Source: Candidatus Latescibacterota bacterium (lineage in GTDB: Bacteria > Latescibacterota > UBA2968 > UBA8231). From it: DNA of 64,000 nt. The notes beneath the pieces are model-generated. The model made no database searches. It was not told the DNA's origin and was given only the letters and a program-made list of their open reading frames with translations. Below, one piece after another: positions 17,663 through 27,353 of the stretch (positions within the stretch are counted from its first letter, which is position 1; the number at the start of each line of letters is the position of its first letter). The stretch spans positions 6,464,001 to 6,528,000 of the forward strand of contig OZ241867.1 of assembly GCA_965203175.1 (NCBI GenBank), given 5' to 3'. The position numbers and the translations under genes were made by a program.

Positions 17663-18908
17663 CACGATCCTCCCCTCTTGCTAATCTGACTTCACTTGTG
17701 CTATCGGTAAAGAGCCTTTGCATCAACCCCCTCTTGATCTCCCGAAGAGCGGTAAGTTTCGTTTGGAGCAACTTGACGCGGCGATCGGCCATCGAAAGGA
17801 CATTTGCGATACGCTCCTGCTCTGGTAAACTAGGCACTCGTAGCCGGTAGTTTTGTATGAAACCGGCCGGAATGCGACGCTGCCCTGCTGAGCCTGTCAT
17901 GTTCGCTACTCCGCGAGCCCTAAATCCCTCGGACATCGACACATAAAATAAAAATCTGGCACTACAGGATGCTTTGGCCCGAAGAACATGCAACTCGGTG
18001 GTACCGAAGCCGTATCCGTTAGCCAGGTCTTGGGCCAAAGCTCCCTTCTGATTCTCAAAGCACGGCGTTATCTTGGATACAAGAACATCGCCATCCTGAA
18101 ACGCAGTGAAACCTGAAGCCACGTCACCATAAGGACGAACTGGAGGAGAAATTAACCCACCTCCTTCGCTGATGTTCGCCATAGGCACGAACGAAACATG
18201 GGTATCCAAAGATGGTGGTTTCGCCGTTCTAGGATTTACTTCCGCCAAGTCACTTATACTTCGCTCGCACCATTGTGACTCGAAATCAGATAACCTGATC
18301 TTGCCCGAGAGCAATAACTCAGCGAGTCCCTCCTTGAGCCTTCGTTTCGCATCTATGAGGTCTTCAGTTCGCGCAATTGCTCGGTCGGCTGCTGCGAGCG
18401 TATCTACGACCATGCGTTGATGCGCTAGAGGCGGAACGGAAATCTTGAGTTGATTGAACTCCGCTTGCCCCAAGGTCTTGTTCCGCCCTGCACCGCCTGG
18501 AGACGCGATTCCAAGATCGTATTTACCCCGAGACGACGAGAAGTACCGCCAAGCGTACTCGGGCAATAGCTTGCCGTTGCGCGATGTATACATGGGAAAA
18601 CGATGAGATGCAATCATGCCAGCTTCGTTCTCGCTGGTCATTGCAACCGCCTGCTCCCATGCGAATATGATGTTGAAGATCAGGCAACCCGGCTCAACCC
18701 AGAAGACCCGCTTGTTGCCGATTTCCTCACCAGTGGTTGGAGTCTTATGAAAAATCCCCTTGCAGTGGCTTCGGATCCCAATCTCTTGATAGGTCTGGCC
18801 AAGCAGGACACCCACGGGCTGGCGAACTCGTCTCAGAAGCTCGCCGATTGGTCGTACAGACCATTCAGTATTTGGTTTCGTATACGTCATTTCCATAATC
18901 ACTGCCAT
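17652..18908 (-). CDS. hsdS: Type I R-M specificity subunit S
   Basis: Two TRDs, each followed by a conserved helix (VPPLAHQ...LLLSG; VPSLPEQERIANVL...GLMQRLFT). Confidence 0.93.
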   Translation of the reverse strand: MAVIMEMTYTKPNTEWSVRPIGELLRRVRQPVGVLLGQTYQEIGIRSHCKGIFHKTPTTGEEIGNKRVFWVEPGCLIFNIIFAWEQAVAMTSENEAGMIASHRFPMYTSRNGKLLPEYAWRYFSSSRGKYDLGIASPGGAGRNKTLGQAEFNQLKISVPPLAHQRMVVDTLAAADRAIARTEDLIDAKRRLKEGLAELLLSGKIRLSDFESQWCERSISDLAEVNPRTAKPPSLDTHVSFVPMANISEGGGLISPPVRPYGDVASGFTAFQDGDVLVSKITPCFENQKGALAQDLANGYGFGTTELHVLRAKASCSARFLFYVSMSEGFRARGVANMTGSAGQRRIPAGFIQNYRLRVPSLPEQERIANVLSMADRRVKLLQTKLTALREIKRGLMQRLFTDSTSEVRLARGEDRDES

Positions 18909-18927
18909 AGTAGAATAGCGGCACTCC

Positions 18928-19776
18928 CTATTCGCTCTCCGGCTTCGGCAAGTACTGCTTCCATTTGTCCATCACATAGTCCCGAAATCCCTCTACCGGC
19001 CTACTTCCGCATATCGGTGCGAGTTCCTGCCCGACCTTTGTAAGAAGAACCATTCCTATCTCAAGCGCGTTATCAGTCTCACCAGGCATCTCTAACGTAA
19101 GCCGCTTACCGTAGTAAAGTACGACGAATTTCTTGGGAAAGTTGCGCCGTTCGAGTCCAGTAATACTATTGAATTGAACAAGACCGATACTTTCAAGGTG
19201 ACTCAGGCTATTAAAGTTGATCCCGTTTTTGTTGTATATTTCCGCCTTAACGTCGAACACCAACGGCACAACATTTCCAATCATCCAGCCGAATCCGCAA
19301 AGCTTGGCAAACAACTCCGCGTCAGCCTTATCGAGGTCTGATAGAAAATTGACGGTCCTCTTCGAGTAGGTGCCAGGGGTATTGGCCTCTCCAGCTAGAA
19401 CACGCGACCATAGCTCCTGCATCTCATTGTCCGATACGATTCGGGATTTATCGAAGAAGTTGACGAGCCAGTCGTTTTCCACGGAATCGGGGGTAGCCTT
19501 TTCATCTAACTGAGGCAGTGCTTTGGCAGTGATGTCTTCCATGTTCTTCTGACGTTGCGCTTCCTCCTCAATCCACCGATGTACGGCTCGTCGATGCAGG
19601 TCGGTGATCTCAGTTTCAGATTGCGCCTTTATCATTGCAGCCTCGGCTTCCGCTTTGGCCATTCTCTTGACTTGGTACGGCGCAAAGAATCCGCCGACTG
19701 CGTCCGATACCTTCTTGATCAGAGTATCAGCCGGTTTCGACAGATTGCCCAAGTTTATGAGAGAATTCGTACCCAT
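18928..19776 (-). CDS. DUF2806 domain protein
   Basis: RQKNMEDI...DWLVNFF...VSDNEMQELWSRVLAGEANTPGTYSKRTV; start ATG 19776. Confidence 0.8.
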   Translation of the reverse strand: MGTNSLINLGNLSKPADTLIKKVSDAVGGFFAPYQVKRMAKAEAEAAMIKAQSETEITDLHRRAVHRWIEEEAQRQKNMEDITAKALPQLDEKATPDSVENDWLVNFFDKSRIVSDNEMQELWSRVLAGEANTPGTYSKRTVNFLSDLDKADAELFAKLCGFGWMIGNVVPLVFDVKAEIYNKNGINFNSLSHLESIGLVQFNSITGLERRNFPKKFVVLYYGKRLTLEMPGETDNALEIGMVLLTKVGQELAPICGSRPVEGFRDYVMDKWKQYLPKPESE

Positions 19777-19789
19777 ATTGTCATCGCTC

Positions 19790-21307
19790 CTATTCCGGCC
19801 CCTGTGACCGACTGTCGATTTCATTCATCATGCAACGACATATTGACTCGACCGTGTGGTCCACTTCAGCATCTCGACCGTCGAGTTCCGAATAAGAGAC
19901 GTGATAGCCTATGGCCGTCATAGGGATTCCGTCGATCGCTGCCTCAAACGAGAATCTTTCGCCACCGAGTTTCCAGACAACTGACAGCTTTAAGTCAAAA
20001 CCCCGGTTCCCTGTCCCTATGTATCTGTGGAAGTTGTACTTCGCTCCTAGCTCGACTTGTTGCTCGTCGCTGAGTTCAAAACCCGACTTCACTAAGTATT
20101 TTTCCTTTGTCCTTCCCCATTGATCGGTTCCGAATACGTCACCGGATACGCCTCCACTACTACCAAGTCGTGCGTACTTGTTCGGCGAGTAACGATCAAA
20201 CAGCTCGGAGCCTTGCCGTTCGCATAGCCCATCCAGCTTCTCAAGCATTGGACTAACATGCCGAAAGAATACCTGATCCAGCACTTCAACGTCAGTTTTA
20301 TTCGGTTCCGGTCCCCTCCTGCTTCGCACGAAGAGTTCCATTTCTTTATCCATATCATCGGATTCGCGAATCGATTCCCCCTTCGCAGCCCGAATCGCCA
20401 ATTCAATCGACCATGAGACGTTCTCCAACATGAACTCGGCAAGTGGCAACATGCGCCCTACATCGGCGTTCTGGAGCCCTCCGATATAACGGTCTCGGTC
20501 TTCGCTCTTGATCACGATAGGCAGCAGGTTGTTCCTCAGCAAAGCGTAGTTGGTGAGTAGCCGTGCGGTGCGCCCATTCCCGTCGTCGAATGGATGGATA
20601 TGGATAAAACTCCAGTGCGATTCAGCTAGGAACAACGGCAGAGGATAGGCGCTCCGCTCTAGGTCACGCCGAAAATCACGGGTCCATCCCTCCATTAATG
20701 GGGGCGTTTCCTCGGGTTCGGCAAACCGATGAAGTTCTCCTGTCGCCGTCCGCACGTGATTTGGCAGTGTCTTGTATTGGCCCGGAACAATGCGCTTCTG
20801 CGTCGGCTGGCCATCCGGCGTCTCTGCGTAGCTCCAGAATGGCTCCTTGAGGAGAATTTTGTTTAGCTGTCTTATATCGCTCTCCCCAATAATCTGTTCC
20901 TCGCCTGCGAGAGATCGCGTATAGTCGATCGCAACATCGTGCGCCTTCATCTCCTCGTAGTCCCGCATCGGATGCCCGCCAGCCGTGCGGCCGTGGATGA
21001 GCAGCAGTTCGGTCTCGTGGTAGGTCAGCGTATTACCCTCGATATGGTTGCTGTTGTAATTCCATTCGAGTCTGAGTTTCCTCCAGAGTCGTTCGTCGTC
21101 AGCGCTCTTCATGCCTTCGCGCCGCTCGTGCCATTCCGCAATCGCCGCCTCCAAATCCGCCAAGCGTTCAAAGAGGCGAACGTGATCATCGGTGAGGTTT
21201 GGGATGTCGATACCTAGCGAGTGGGATTCAGCGATCCAGCGGGCCATTCGCTCTTTGACTCCGGCGTCGGCTTCGAGCGCAGAAAGCGCATTCAGTATGT
21301 CCTTCAT
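19790..21307 (-). CDS. Fic family protein with extra C-terminal domain
   Basis: Canonical HPFDDGNGRTAR motif; N-terminal inhibitory motif SNHIEGN; ATGA overlap with hsdM. Confidence 0.92.
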   Translation of the reverse strand: MKDILNALSALEADAGVKERMARWIAESHSLGIDIPNLTDDHVRLFERLADLEAAIAEWHERREGMKSADDERLWRKLRLEWNYNSNHIEGNTLTYHETELLLIHGRTAGGHPMRDYEEMKAHDVAIDYTRSLAGEEQIIGESDIRQLNKILLKEPFWSYAETPDGQPTQKRIVPGQYKTLPNHVRTATGELHRFAEPEETPPLMEGWTRDFRRDLERSAYPLPLFLAESHWSFIHIHPFDDGNGRTARLLTNYALLRNNLLPIVIKSEDRDRYIGGLQNADVGRMLPLAEFMLENVSWSIELAIRAAKGESIRESDDMDKEMELFVRSRRGPEPNKTDVEVLDQVFFRHVSPMLEKLDGLCERQGSELFDRYSPNKYARLGSSGGVSGDVFGTDQWGRTKEKYLVKSGFELSDEQQVELGAKYNFHRYIGTGNRGFDLKLSVVWKLGGERFSFEAAIDGIPMTAIGYHVSYSELDGRDAEVDHTVESICRCMMNEIDSRSQGPE

Positions 21308-22866
21308 AGCTCCAACTCCTTCAGATACCCTTCCAACTCGGCCTCGGCTTCAGCAAGCTCGGTCTCAAGGTCCGCGATTTCCTGTCGCACAGCCGCGATA
21401 TCTACCTCCGGCTCAGGCTCGTAAGTATCCACATAGCGGGGGATGTTGAGGTTGAAATCGTTCTCCACGATCTCGTCGAACGTAGCCGTATAGGAGTACT
21501 TATCCACCGCCCGGAAGGCACCGAACACCTCGACGATCTTGTCGATGTCTTGGGCACGGAGCCGATTCTGATTCTTGTCGTCCTGGAATTCCCGACTGGC
21601 GTCGATGAAGAGCACGTGCCTCTCGCGGTCGGTGCCAGCTTCGCTCCACGGCTTCCTCGCCTTATTGAAGATCACAATGGCCGCCGGGATACCAGTGCCG
21701 AAGAAGAGATTGACAGGCAACCCAACGACCGATTCAAGCATGTTATCCTCTATGAGCTTCTGCCGAATCTTGCCCTCGGCACCCCCACGGAACAGCACCC
21801 CGTGAGGAACAATGACGCCAACGCGCCCCTCATCTTCGAGAGCCGTCTCAATCATGTGGCTGATAAAGGCATAATCCCCCTTGCTCTTGGGGGGAATGCC
21901 GCGCCAAAAGCGATTGTAGGGATCATTCTCGGCGTGATCCTGCCCCCACTTATCGAGACTGAAAGGCGGATTGGCGACGACGACATTGAACTTCATCAGC
22001 CGGTCGCCCTCGACTAGGCGGGTGCTGGTGATCGTATTGCACCACTCGATACGAGCGTTGTCCATCTCGTGCAGAAACATATTCATCCGGCACAGCGCCC
22101 AAGTGCTGCCATTCGATTCTTGGCCGTAAAGCGCGAAGTCGTCCGAACCTACGTTTTTGGCAACACGAATCAGCAGCGAGCCCGATCCACAGGCAGGGTC
22201 GCAGATCGTATCGCCATGCTGGGCGTTCAACAGCTTCGCCAAGAGCATTGCAACCTCTCTGGGCGTATAGAACTCCCCTCCCTTCTTGCCCGCATCCGCA
22301 GCAAACCGACCAATCAGATACTCATAGGCGTTGCCAATGATGTCCTCGTCCCCGATGCGGCTCGGGCGGAGGTCAAGCTGCGACTTGGCGAAGTCCTCAA
22401 GAAGGTGGCTGAGTCGGCGATTGCGATCCCTAGTCTGGCCAAGGTTCGGCTCGGAGTTGAAGTCTATATTGCGGAAGACGTTTTCTAGTTTAGCCTTATT
22501 GGCATCCTCAATCTTTTCCAAGGTGATGTTGATCAACTCGCCGATATTAGAGCGCGTGCGCCGCTCGTAGAGGCTGTCGAAGCTGGCCGGAAAGGATTCC
22601 TCAACATTGCCGTCCTGGTCCTTTAACTCGACCTCGGGCATGACGAAGCGCTCCCGGCTGAGCGCTCGCTCGACGCGCCGTTCGTCTCCCTGGTAGCGCT
22701 TGCGGTACTGTTCTTGCCTGTCTTTCCAGAGATCAGACAAGTACTTGATGAAGAGCATCACCAAGATATAGTCCTTGTACTGGGTGGGATCGAGCGTCCC
22801 ACGAAACGTGTCACACGCCTGCCAGACGATTTCGTTGATCTCCTGCTGGGCGATGCCTGTCGTCAT
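21304..22866 (-). CDS. hsdM: Type I R-M methyltransferase subunit M
   Basis: GEFYTP, DPACGSGSLL, ANPPFS, PHGVLFRG, NLNIPRYV. Confidence 0.97.
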   Translation of the reverse strand: MTTGIAQQEINEIVWQACDTFRGTLDPTQYKDYILVMLFIKYLSDLWKDRQEQYRKRYQGDERRVERALSRERFVMPEVELKDQDGNVEESFPASFDSLYERRTRSNIGELINITLEKIEDANKAKLENVFRNIDFNSEPNLGQTRDRNRRLSHLLEDFAKSQLDLRPSRIGDEDIIGNAYEYLIGRFAADAGKKGGEFYTPREVAMLLAKLLNAQHGDTICDPACGSGSLLIRVAKNVGSDDFALYGQESNGSTWALCRMNMFLHEMDNARIEWCNTITSTRLVEGDRLMKFNVVVANPPFSLDKWGQDHAENDPYNRFWRGIPPKSKGDYAFISHMIETALEDEGRVGVIVPHGVLFRGGAEGKIRQKLIEDNMLESVVGLPVNLFFGTGIPAAIVIFNKARKPWSEAGTDRERHVLFIDASREFQDDKNQNRLRAQDIDKIVEVFGAFRAVDKYSYTATFDEIVENDFNLNIPRYVDTYEPEPEVDIAAVRQEIADLETELAEAEAELEGYLKELEL

Positions 22867-22871
22867 ACTCC

Positions 22872-23486
22872 CTACTCCTTATTCTTCGCCTGCTGGACTG
22901 CATGTTGGCATATCAGTTGGATATACTGCTCGCGCTGTTCATCAAGCTGCCGCCGAATGGACTTTATCTTATGCCAGAGCTCCAAAGTTTGATCAATATC
23001 ATGCTGCACAGCGAGCGTTGGAACCTGGACGCTCAGTTTTTCGAGGGCCTGACGGCTGATGTAGCTAATGCCCGTACCACGCGACTCCGTATCGATCTGA
23101 GCCTGAACTGAGGGCAGGTTTAGCCACCACGCGAGGTAGCCGGGCAGAATGTAGCTGGGGTCTGGGCGCAGTATATAAAAAGTGGCAGAGACGAGAGTGT
23201 TCGGAAGATCTGTGTCGATACAGTACGCTCGATGCTCTTGGCCTCTGGCTACGACGAGCACATCTCCATGTAAGACCTGATAAAGCTCAGGATTTCGCTC
23301 AGGGTGGAACCAGACGGAGTTCTCTAGGCTCACACCGCCATCTGCGGAGAAATCCCTAGCTTGGAGCAAGCGGTGAGTCCCATCGGGAACGGAGTGAACG
23401 CGACCGCGGCTCAGATAGCCAGGCTGAATGTGGACGAGTTCCGACAACTGAATCCACGGAGAATTTGATTGAGCAGTAGATTTCAT
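22872..23486 (-). CDS. Single-TRD HsdS-like protein
   Basis: GDVLVVARG...PGYLAWWLN...ISRQALEKLSVQVPTLAVQ plus a coiled coil, i.e. half of an HsdS; start ATG 23486. Confidence 0.8.
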   Translation of the reverse strand: MKSTAQSNSPWIQLSELVHIQPGYLSRGRVHSVPDGTHRLLQARDFSADGGVSLENSVWFHPERNPELYQVLHGDVLVVARGQEHRAYCIDTDLPNTLVSATFYILRPDPSYILPGYLAWWLNLPSVQAQIDTESRGTGISYISRQALEKLSVQVPTLAVQHDIDQTLELWHKIKSIRRQLDEQREQYIQLICQHAVQQAKNKE

Positions 23487-23493
23487 ACTGCTT

Positions 23494-23522
23494 AAATTAT
23501 ACTCTTGCCGGTAATCTGTCAA
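23494..23522 (-). promoter_or_regulatory. Sigma70 promoter of the R-M operon, possibly leaderless
   Basis: TTGACA (23522-23517) then TAATTT at 17-nt spacing (TATAAT at 15 nt); ATG 23486 lies ~7 nt downstream with no Shine-Dalgarno. Confidence 0.6.
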
Positions 23523-23612
23523 CAGTAGGACTAATACTGACCTCTATCGCACCATGATGCGCTCCAATGACGTACCTAATGCTTCAGAGTGCCGATCCGT
23601 CGAGGGAAGGGG

Positions 23613-25577
23613 TTATTTGATGTACACCAGCGGCTGCCGGTACAGTTGGGAGCCCACGCGCAGACGCGCCCAATAGACCCCAGAGGCCACCGGACGCCCC
23701 TCATCGTTGCGGGCATCCCACCCAGCTAGGTAGCGCCCCACCCCTCGGCCGCCGGTCAGTTGGCGCACCAATTGGCCATCGACCCCATAAATGGCCAAGG
23801 CATAATCCGCCTCAAGCGGCAGCACGAAGGGAATTCTCGTGAAGCTGTTGAACGGATTGGGATAATTGGCCAGCAGAGCGGCCTTGTCGGGGGTGGTTTG
23901 TTCCACCTCCTCCACAGCCGTGGGGACCGCGCCGGGCAAATATCGGGCCAGTGCGGCACCGCTGATAATGTGGGCTTCCCCCGCGTTTTCGCGTCGATTG
24001 TCGGGTCCGTCGCCGGCCATGCCGTTGGGGATGGCGTCCACCCGCCCATCGCCATCCATATCGCCGCTAGCTCCCCAATAGGCTGAAAAATCGATCGGGT
24101 CGGGTGCTTGAATCCACACGACAGGTACTGCGGGGTCGGCCAAGTCAATCTCGTGCGGCAAATCAGGGCCGCCAGCCAACACCGCGAAACCGCCGGCGAA
24201 GCGCCGCTTGAGAGGCCCCTCGTCGCCGGGCACGCCGATAAAAAGGTCGTCGTACCCGTCTCCGTGGATATCGCCGGCAGCTACGGCGTCGCCAGTAATG
24301 GCATCGGGACGGGCACCATAGATAACAGTAATGTCGCTCGGCGGCGCGGCCATATCCAGCCGCTGTCCGCGCCGCTGCGGACCGCCATACACCACGTACA
24401 CCTCGCCAGCGTCGGTGCGGCTATTGCCCGGACCGTCGGCCCGGTACGCACCAATGAATAGGTCTTGGATACCATTGCCGTCGATATCGGCCAAGACGAT
24501 TTCCTCGCCCAGCCGGTCGGGCGAATTCCCGCCGCCATCGGCACCGAAAATGACGGTCAGATCGGCGGGCGGATCCCCGGCTAAATCAATGGCCGCGGGA
24601 CGCTGGGGACCGCCGTACACCACGTACATTTCCCCGGCGTTTTCGCGCTGGTTTTCAGGGCCATCCCCAGCGCCGCCGGTGCGATGGTACGCATTGCGCA
24701 AGGTGCCAAAAGCCGCCGCGCCAATGGCGATGTCGTCGTACCCGTCGCCGTCAAAGTCGCCAGCGACCACGGTCGAACCAGCGTGGTCTAGGGCATCGAT
24801 GCCGTAGATGATACTCAAGGGTTGTTCCGCAGCCGCCAGATCGATAGTAGCGCCCGAATCTAGCGGGCCGTAGAGGACGTACACCCGTCCCGCCTCAACA
24901 GCCCCTGCCGCCCCCGAGGCTCGGTCAGCCCCCACCACCGCATCCCGGTAGCCATCGCCGTCGAAATCCCCGGCAGTCATCCACACCCCCAAGCGGTTGT
25001 CGCGTTCAGCGCCGATAACGGTAATCAACCCCTCTGGCCAAGGTCGTTGCGCCAAATCCAAGCGCCTCCCTGCGGCCCGCAACCGAGCGATAAGTTCGGC
25101 CGAGAAAATATAGAGCTTGCCGGCGTTGGAACGATCGGGAGCATCGGCGTAAAAAGCGCCCACCAAAAGATCGGCGCGCCCGTCGCCCATGAGGTCGGCC
25201 ACATGGGTCTTAATACCGAAAAGATCGCGCCGGGCCTCGCCATATAGAGTGACCACATCGCCGGAGTCAGCGGCCAAGTCCAGGCCGCCCCCCGAGGGTA
25301 TGGTGTCGAAGCAAATGGCCACTTCTCCGGCATTGGAGCGATCATTGGCGGGACCATCGCCAGCCATGGCCGAAATCACCAGATCGTCGCGCCCATCGCC
25401 ATCGATATCGCCGGCGGTAATAGGAGTGCCGAATTCGGCATCATTGACGTCGGGGTTGTACACTGTGAGCTGGCCTGTCTGGGCAGTATCGGCTAGATCC
25501 CACACGTGGACTATTTGGGCTGAGACCGGAATGGCGAGACAGCACAGGACCGACGACAGGGTAGCAGCGTATTTCAT
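23613..25577 (-). CDS. FG-GAP/integrin-alpha repeat protein with C-terminal FlgD/T9SS type-A-like domain
   Basis: Repeated GDxDGDGxDDLxxGA and NAGExYVxYG motifs; PTAVEE linker, NYPNPFNS, WDARNDEGRPVASGVY...LVYIK; start ATG 25577. Confidence 0.88.
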   Translation of the reverse strand: MKYAATLSSVLCCLAIPVSAQIVHVWDLADTAQTGQLTVYNPDVNDAEFGTPITAGDIDGDGRDDLVISAMAGDGPANDRSNAGEVAICFDTIPSGGGLDLAADSGDVVTLYGEARRDLFGIKTHVADLMGDGRADLLVGAFYADAPDRSNAGKLYIFSAELIARLRAAGRRLDLAQRPWPEGLITVIGAERDNRLGVWMTAGDFDGDGYRDAVVGADRASGAAGAVEAGRVYVLYGPLDSGATIDLAAAEQPLSIIYGIDALDHAGSTVVAGDFDGDGYDDIAIGAAAFGTLRNAYHRTGGAGDGPENQRENAGEMYVVYGGPQRPAAIDLAGDPPADLTVIFGADGGGNSPDRLGEEIVLADIDGNGIQDLFIGAYRADGPGNSRTDAGEVYVVYGGPQRRGQRLDMAAPPSDITVIYGARPDAITGDAVAAGDIHGDGYDDLFIGVPGDEGPLKRRFAGGFAVLAGGPDLPHEIDLADPAVPVVWIQAPDPIDFSAYWGASGDMDGDGRVDAIPNGMAGDGPDNRRENAGEAHIISGAALARYLPGAVPTAVEEVEQTTPDKAALLANYPNPFNSFTRIPFVLPLEADYALAIYGVDGQLVRQLTGGRGVGRYLAGWDARNDEGRPVASGVYWARLRVGSQLYRQPLVYIK

Positions 25578-25635
25578 GGAAATTCTCGGTAAAAAACTTG
25601 GCGAATTACTGCATATGCCAAAGTCAAAAGTTGAA

Positions 25636-26016
25636 TTACCAAATAGCTTGTGAATAAAATGCGCGGATAGCGGAATCCGAAGTGACGAGCGGGCAGGCAT
25701 GCAAACTAGCCGTAGCAACAATGGTGCGGTCAGCAGGGTCGCGATGATCCCAGTCGAGTTCGAGATTTTTGATCCAAGTCCGGACGTCTACCGGGAGAAT
25801 ATCGAGACGGTCGATTTGTTCTAGTTTATCGGTGAATTCTTGGATGGAAATCGGTATGGAGAGCTGTTCTTTTTTTACTTTAATGCCAATTTCCCAGATA
25901 GAGATCGAACTAAGAGCAATGCGGTCGGCGTCCGAGATCGCTTGTGCTGCGGTTCGAGATAGCCGGTCTCGATTTAGCGTCCAGAATACGAGGGCCGAAG
26001 TATCCAAGACGATCAC
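25636..26016 (-). CDS. vapC: PIN-domain toxin (VapC family)
   Basis: VLDTSAL...SSISIWEI...HRDPADRTIVATA...LVTSD; GTG start overlaps the antitoxin TGA. Confidence 0.92.
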   Translation of the reverse strand: MIVLDTSALVFWTLNRDRLSRTAAQAISDADRIALSSISIWEIGIKVKKEQLSIPISIQEFTDKLEQIDRLDILPVDVRTWIKNLELDWDHRDPADRTIVATASLHACPLVTSDSAIRAFYSQAIW

Positions 26017-26246
26017 GCCAGCGCTCCCCATTCGTCAGTGGTCGGCGTATTGATGTCTTCGCGATAGACGACTTTGCCCTGAATCGCTCCGAACACCTCT
26101 TCCACGGTCTTTTTTTGCGCAATCGGCTGAATGCGCAAAACAGGGCGATTGTGATCTGTCACCACCCATTCTTCGCCGGTTTCTTCAATCTCGCGAAAGA
26201 TGCGAAGCATATTGGCTTTCAATTTACTCTTTGAAATAGAAGGCAT
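26013..26246 (-). CDS. Phd/YefM family antitoxin
   Basis: ISKSKLKAN...FREIEETGE..VVTDHNRPV; directly upstream of the PIN toxin. Confidence 0.9.
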   Translation of the reverse strand: MPSISKSKLKANMLRIFREIEETGEEWVVTDHNRPVLRIQPIAQKKTVEEVFGAIQGKVVYREDINTPTTDEWGALA

Positions 26247-26267
26247 TTTCTTTCCTTTTTGATGTAT

Positions 26268-26295
26268 TATGACCACAGTTATGACTATGGTCATA
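26268..26295. promoter_or_regulatory. Putative TA autoregulatory operator
   Basis: TATGACCA-N12-TGGTCATA inverted repeat with a nested ATGAC-N4-GTCAT, upstream of the antitoxin. Confidence 0.55.
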
Positions 26296-26324
26296 AAATG
26301 CACAAAATCTCTTTGTTGTCAAAG

Positions 26325-27155
26325 TCACAGACTGCGACTAGCCCGATACCTGCTCACTAACCGGCTGACGACAAAGGCGCAGAGCAGGGAACATATCGTC
26401 AGCCAGACCAGCCGTTCGATTCCAGCGCGGGGATACTCGACGTAAATACGACCCCAATCAGAATCGTCTTTTAGAGGCAACGCACGCGGGGCGAGAAGAT
26501 GAGCCAAGACGCCCGCCTGACGCGCCGGGGCGATACTCCCCGCAAAGCCACCGACGTACAGAGGAAATTCCACAGTCTGCCCACAGCCCGTGACGCGGAG
26601 TACGTGTTCGCCGGATCCCTCCGGTCGGAGACGCCAGACCAGACGGTGTAGGACCGGCTCCCGCACTGAAGGACTCAGCGCGCCCGTTCCTTGGACCCAT
26701 TCGAGTTTGCAGTCCATGTGGGCCATATCGGCAGTAGGCCGGGCCAGTACTGCGGTCAGCAGCGTTTCAGCACCGCTCGGAATGGGCGCAAGGGCAAAGC
26801 GGTAGTGGGCCTGTATCAACAAGGGAGCGCTCGCCAGCAAAGAAAGGACGAGCGGAACCAAAAGAATGCCGCTATAGCGCAAATTGGCCTTGAGCAATGC
26901 TAGTTGCGCCTGCCATACCAACAAAGGCTCGCGCCGGTAGAGCCAGATTTCGAAAAGGGCAGCCCACAACTCGTCGCGGGCCTGGCGCAGGCGTTCTCTG
27001 CGGACCAGCGCGGCGAATATCAGCGAAACCACTATCCCCAAGACAGCCGCCACACCAAGGATCTCCGCCCACCTCCCCAGCGCTGCCAAGGGTGCCATAC
27101 AGGCGTCGAACGCATAGTTGGCCAAGCGGTTGTAGTAGAGAACAAGGGCCTGCAT
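26325..27155 (-). CDS. Membrane protein of unknown function
   Basis: Three hydrophobic segments around a soluble beta-rich loop; last gene of the phosphodiesterase operon. Confidence 0.75.
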   Translation of the reverse strand: MQALVLYYNRLANYAFDACMAPLAALGRWAEILGVAAVLGIVVSLIFAALVRRERLRQARDELWAALFEIWLYRREPLLVWQAQLALLKANLRYSGILLVPLVLSLLASAPLLIQAHYRFALAPIPSGAETLLTAVLARPTADMAHMDCKLEWVQGTGALSPSVREPVLHRLVWRLRPEGSGEHVLRVTGCGQTVEFPLYVGGFAGSIAPARQAGVLAHLLAPRALPLKDDSDWGRIYVEYPRAGIERLVWLTICSLLCAFVVSRLVSRYRASRSL

Positions 27156-27158
27156 GTC

Positions 27159-27353
27159 CTACTCCAGATAGCCCAAACCCCTGAGACGTTCTTCGATTTG
27201 TGCTTGGTCCGCAGCCGACGGAGCGTCGAGTTCTTTCTCAATGCAGTGGATGACAAACTCTTCCACACTGCTGTACCCTACCTTTTCGACGTGGGCTTGA
27301 GCGCGCTGCCAAAGCTGGTCGTCCAAGGCGATTTTTCGTTTAAAAAGCGCCAT
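27159..27353 (-). CDS. Small ribbon-helix-helix-like protein with C-terminal RLRGLGY motif
   Basis: KIALDDQLW...GYSSVEEFVIHCIEKEL; tail IEERLRGLGYLE; abuts both neighbours. Confidence 0.75.
   Translation of the reverse strand: MALFKRKIALDDQLWQRAQAHVEKVGYSSVEEFVIHCIEKELDAPSAADQAQIEERLRGLGYLE

Noticed and set aside
23523-23612. Right-hand att site or integrase for the R-M island
   Set aside because: No copy of the 41-bp or 45-bp repeats and no recombinase gene visible there.
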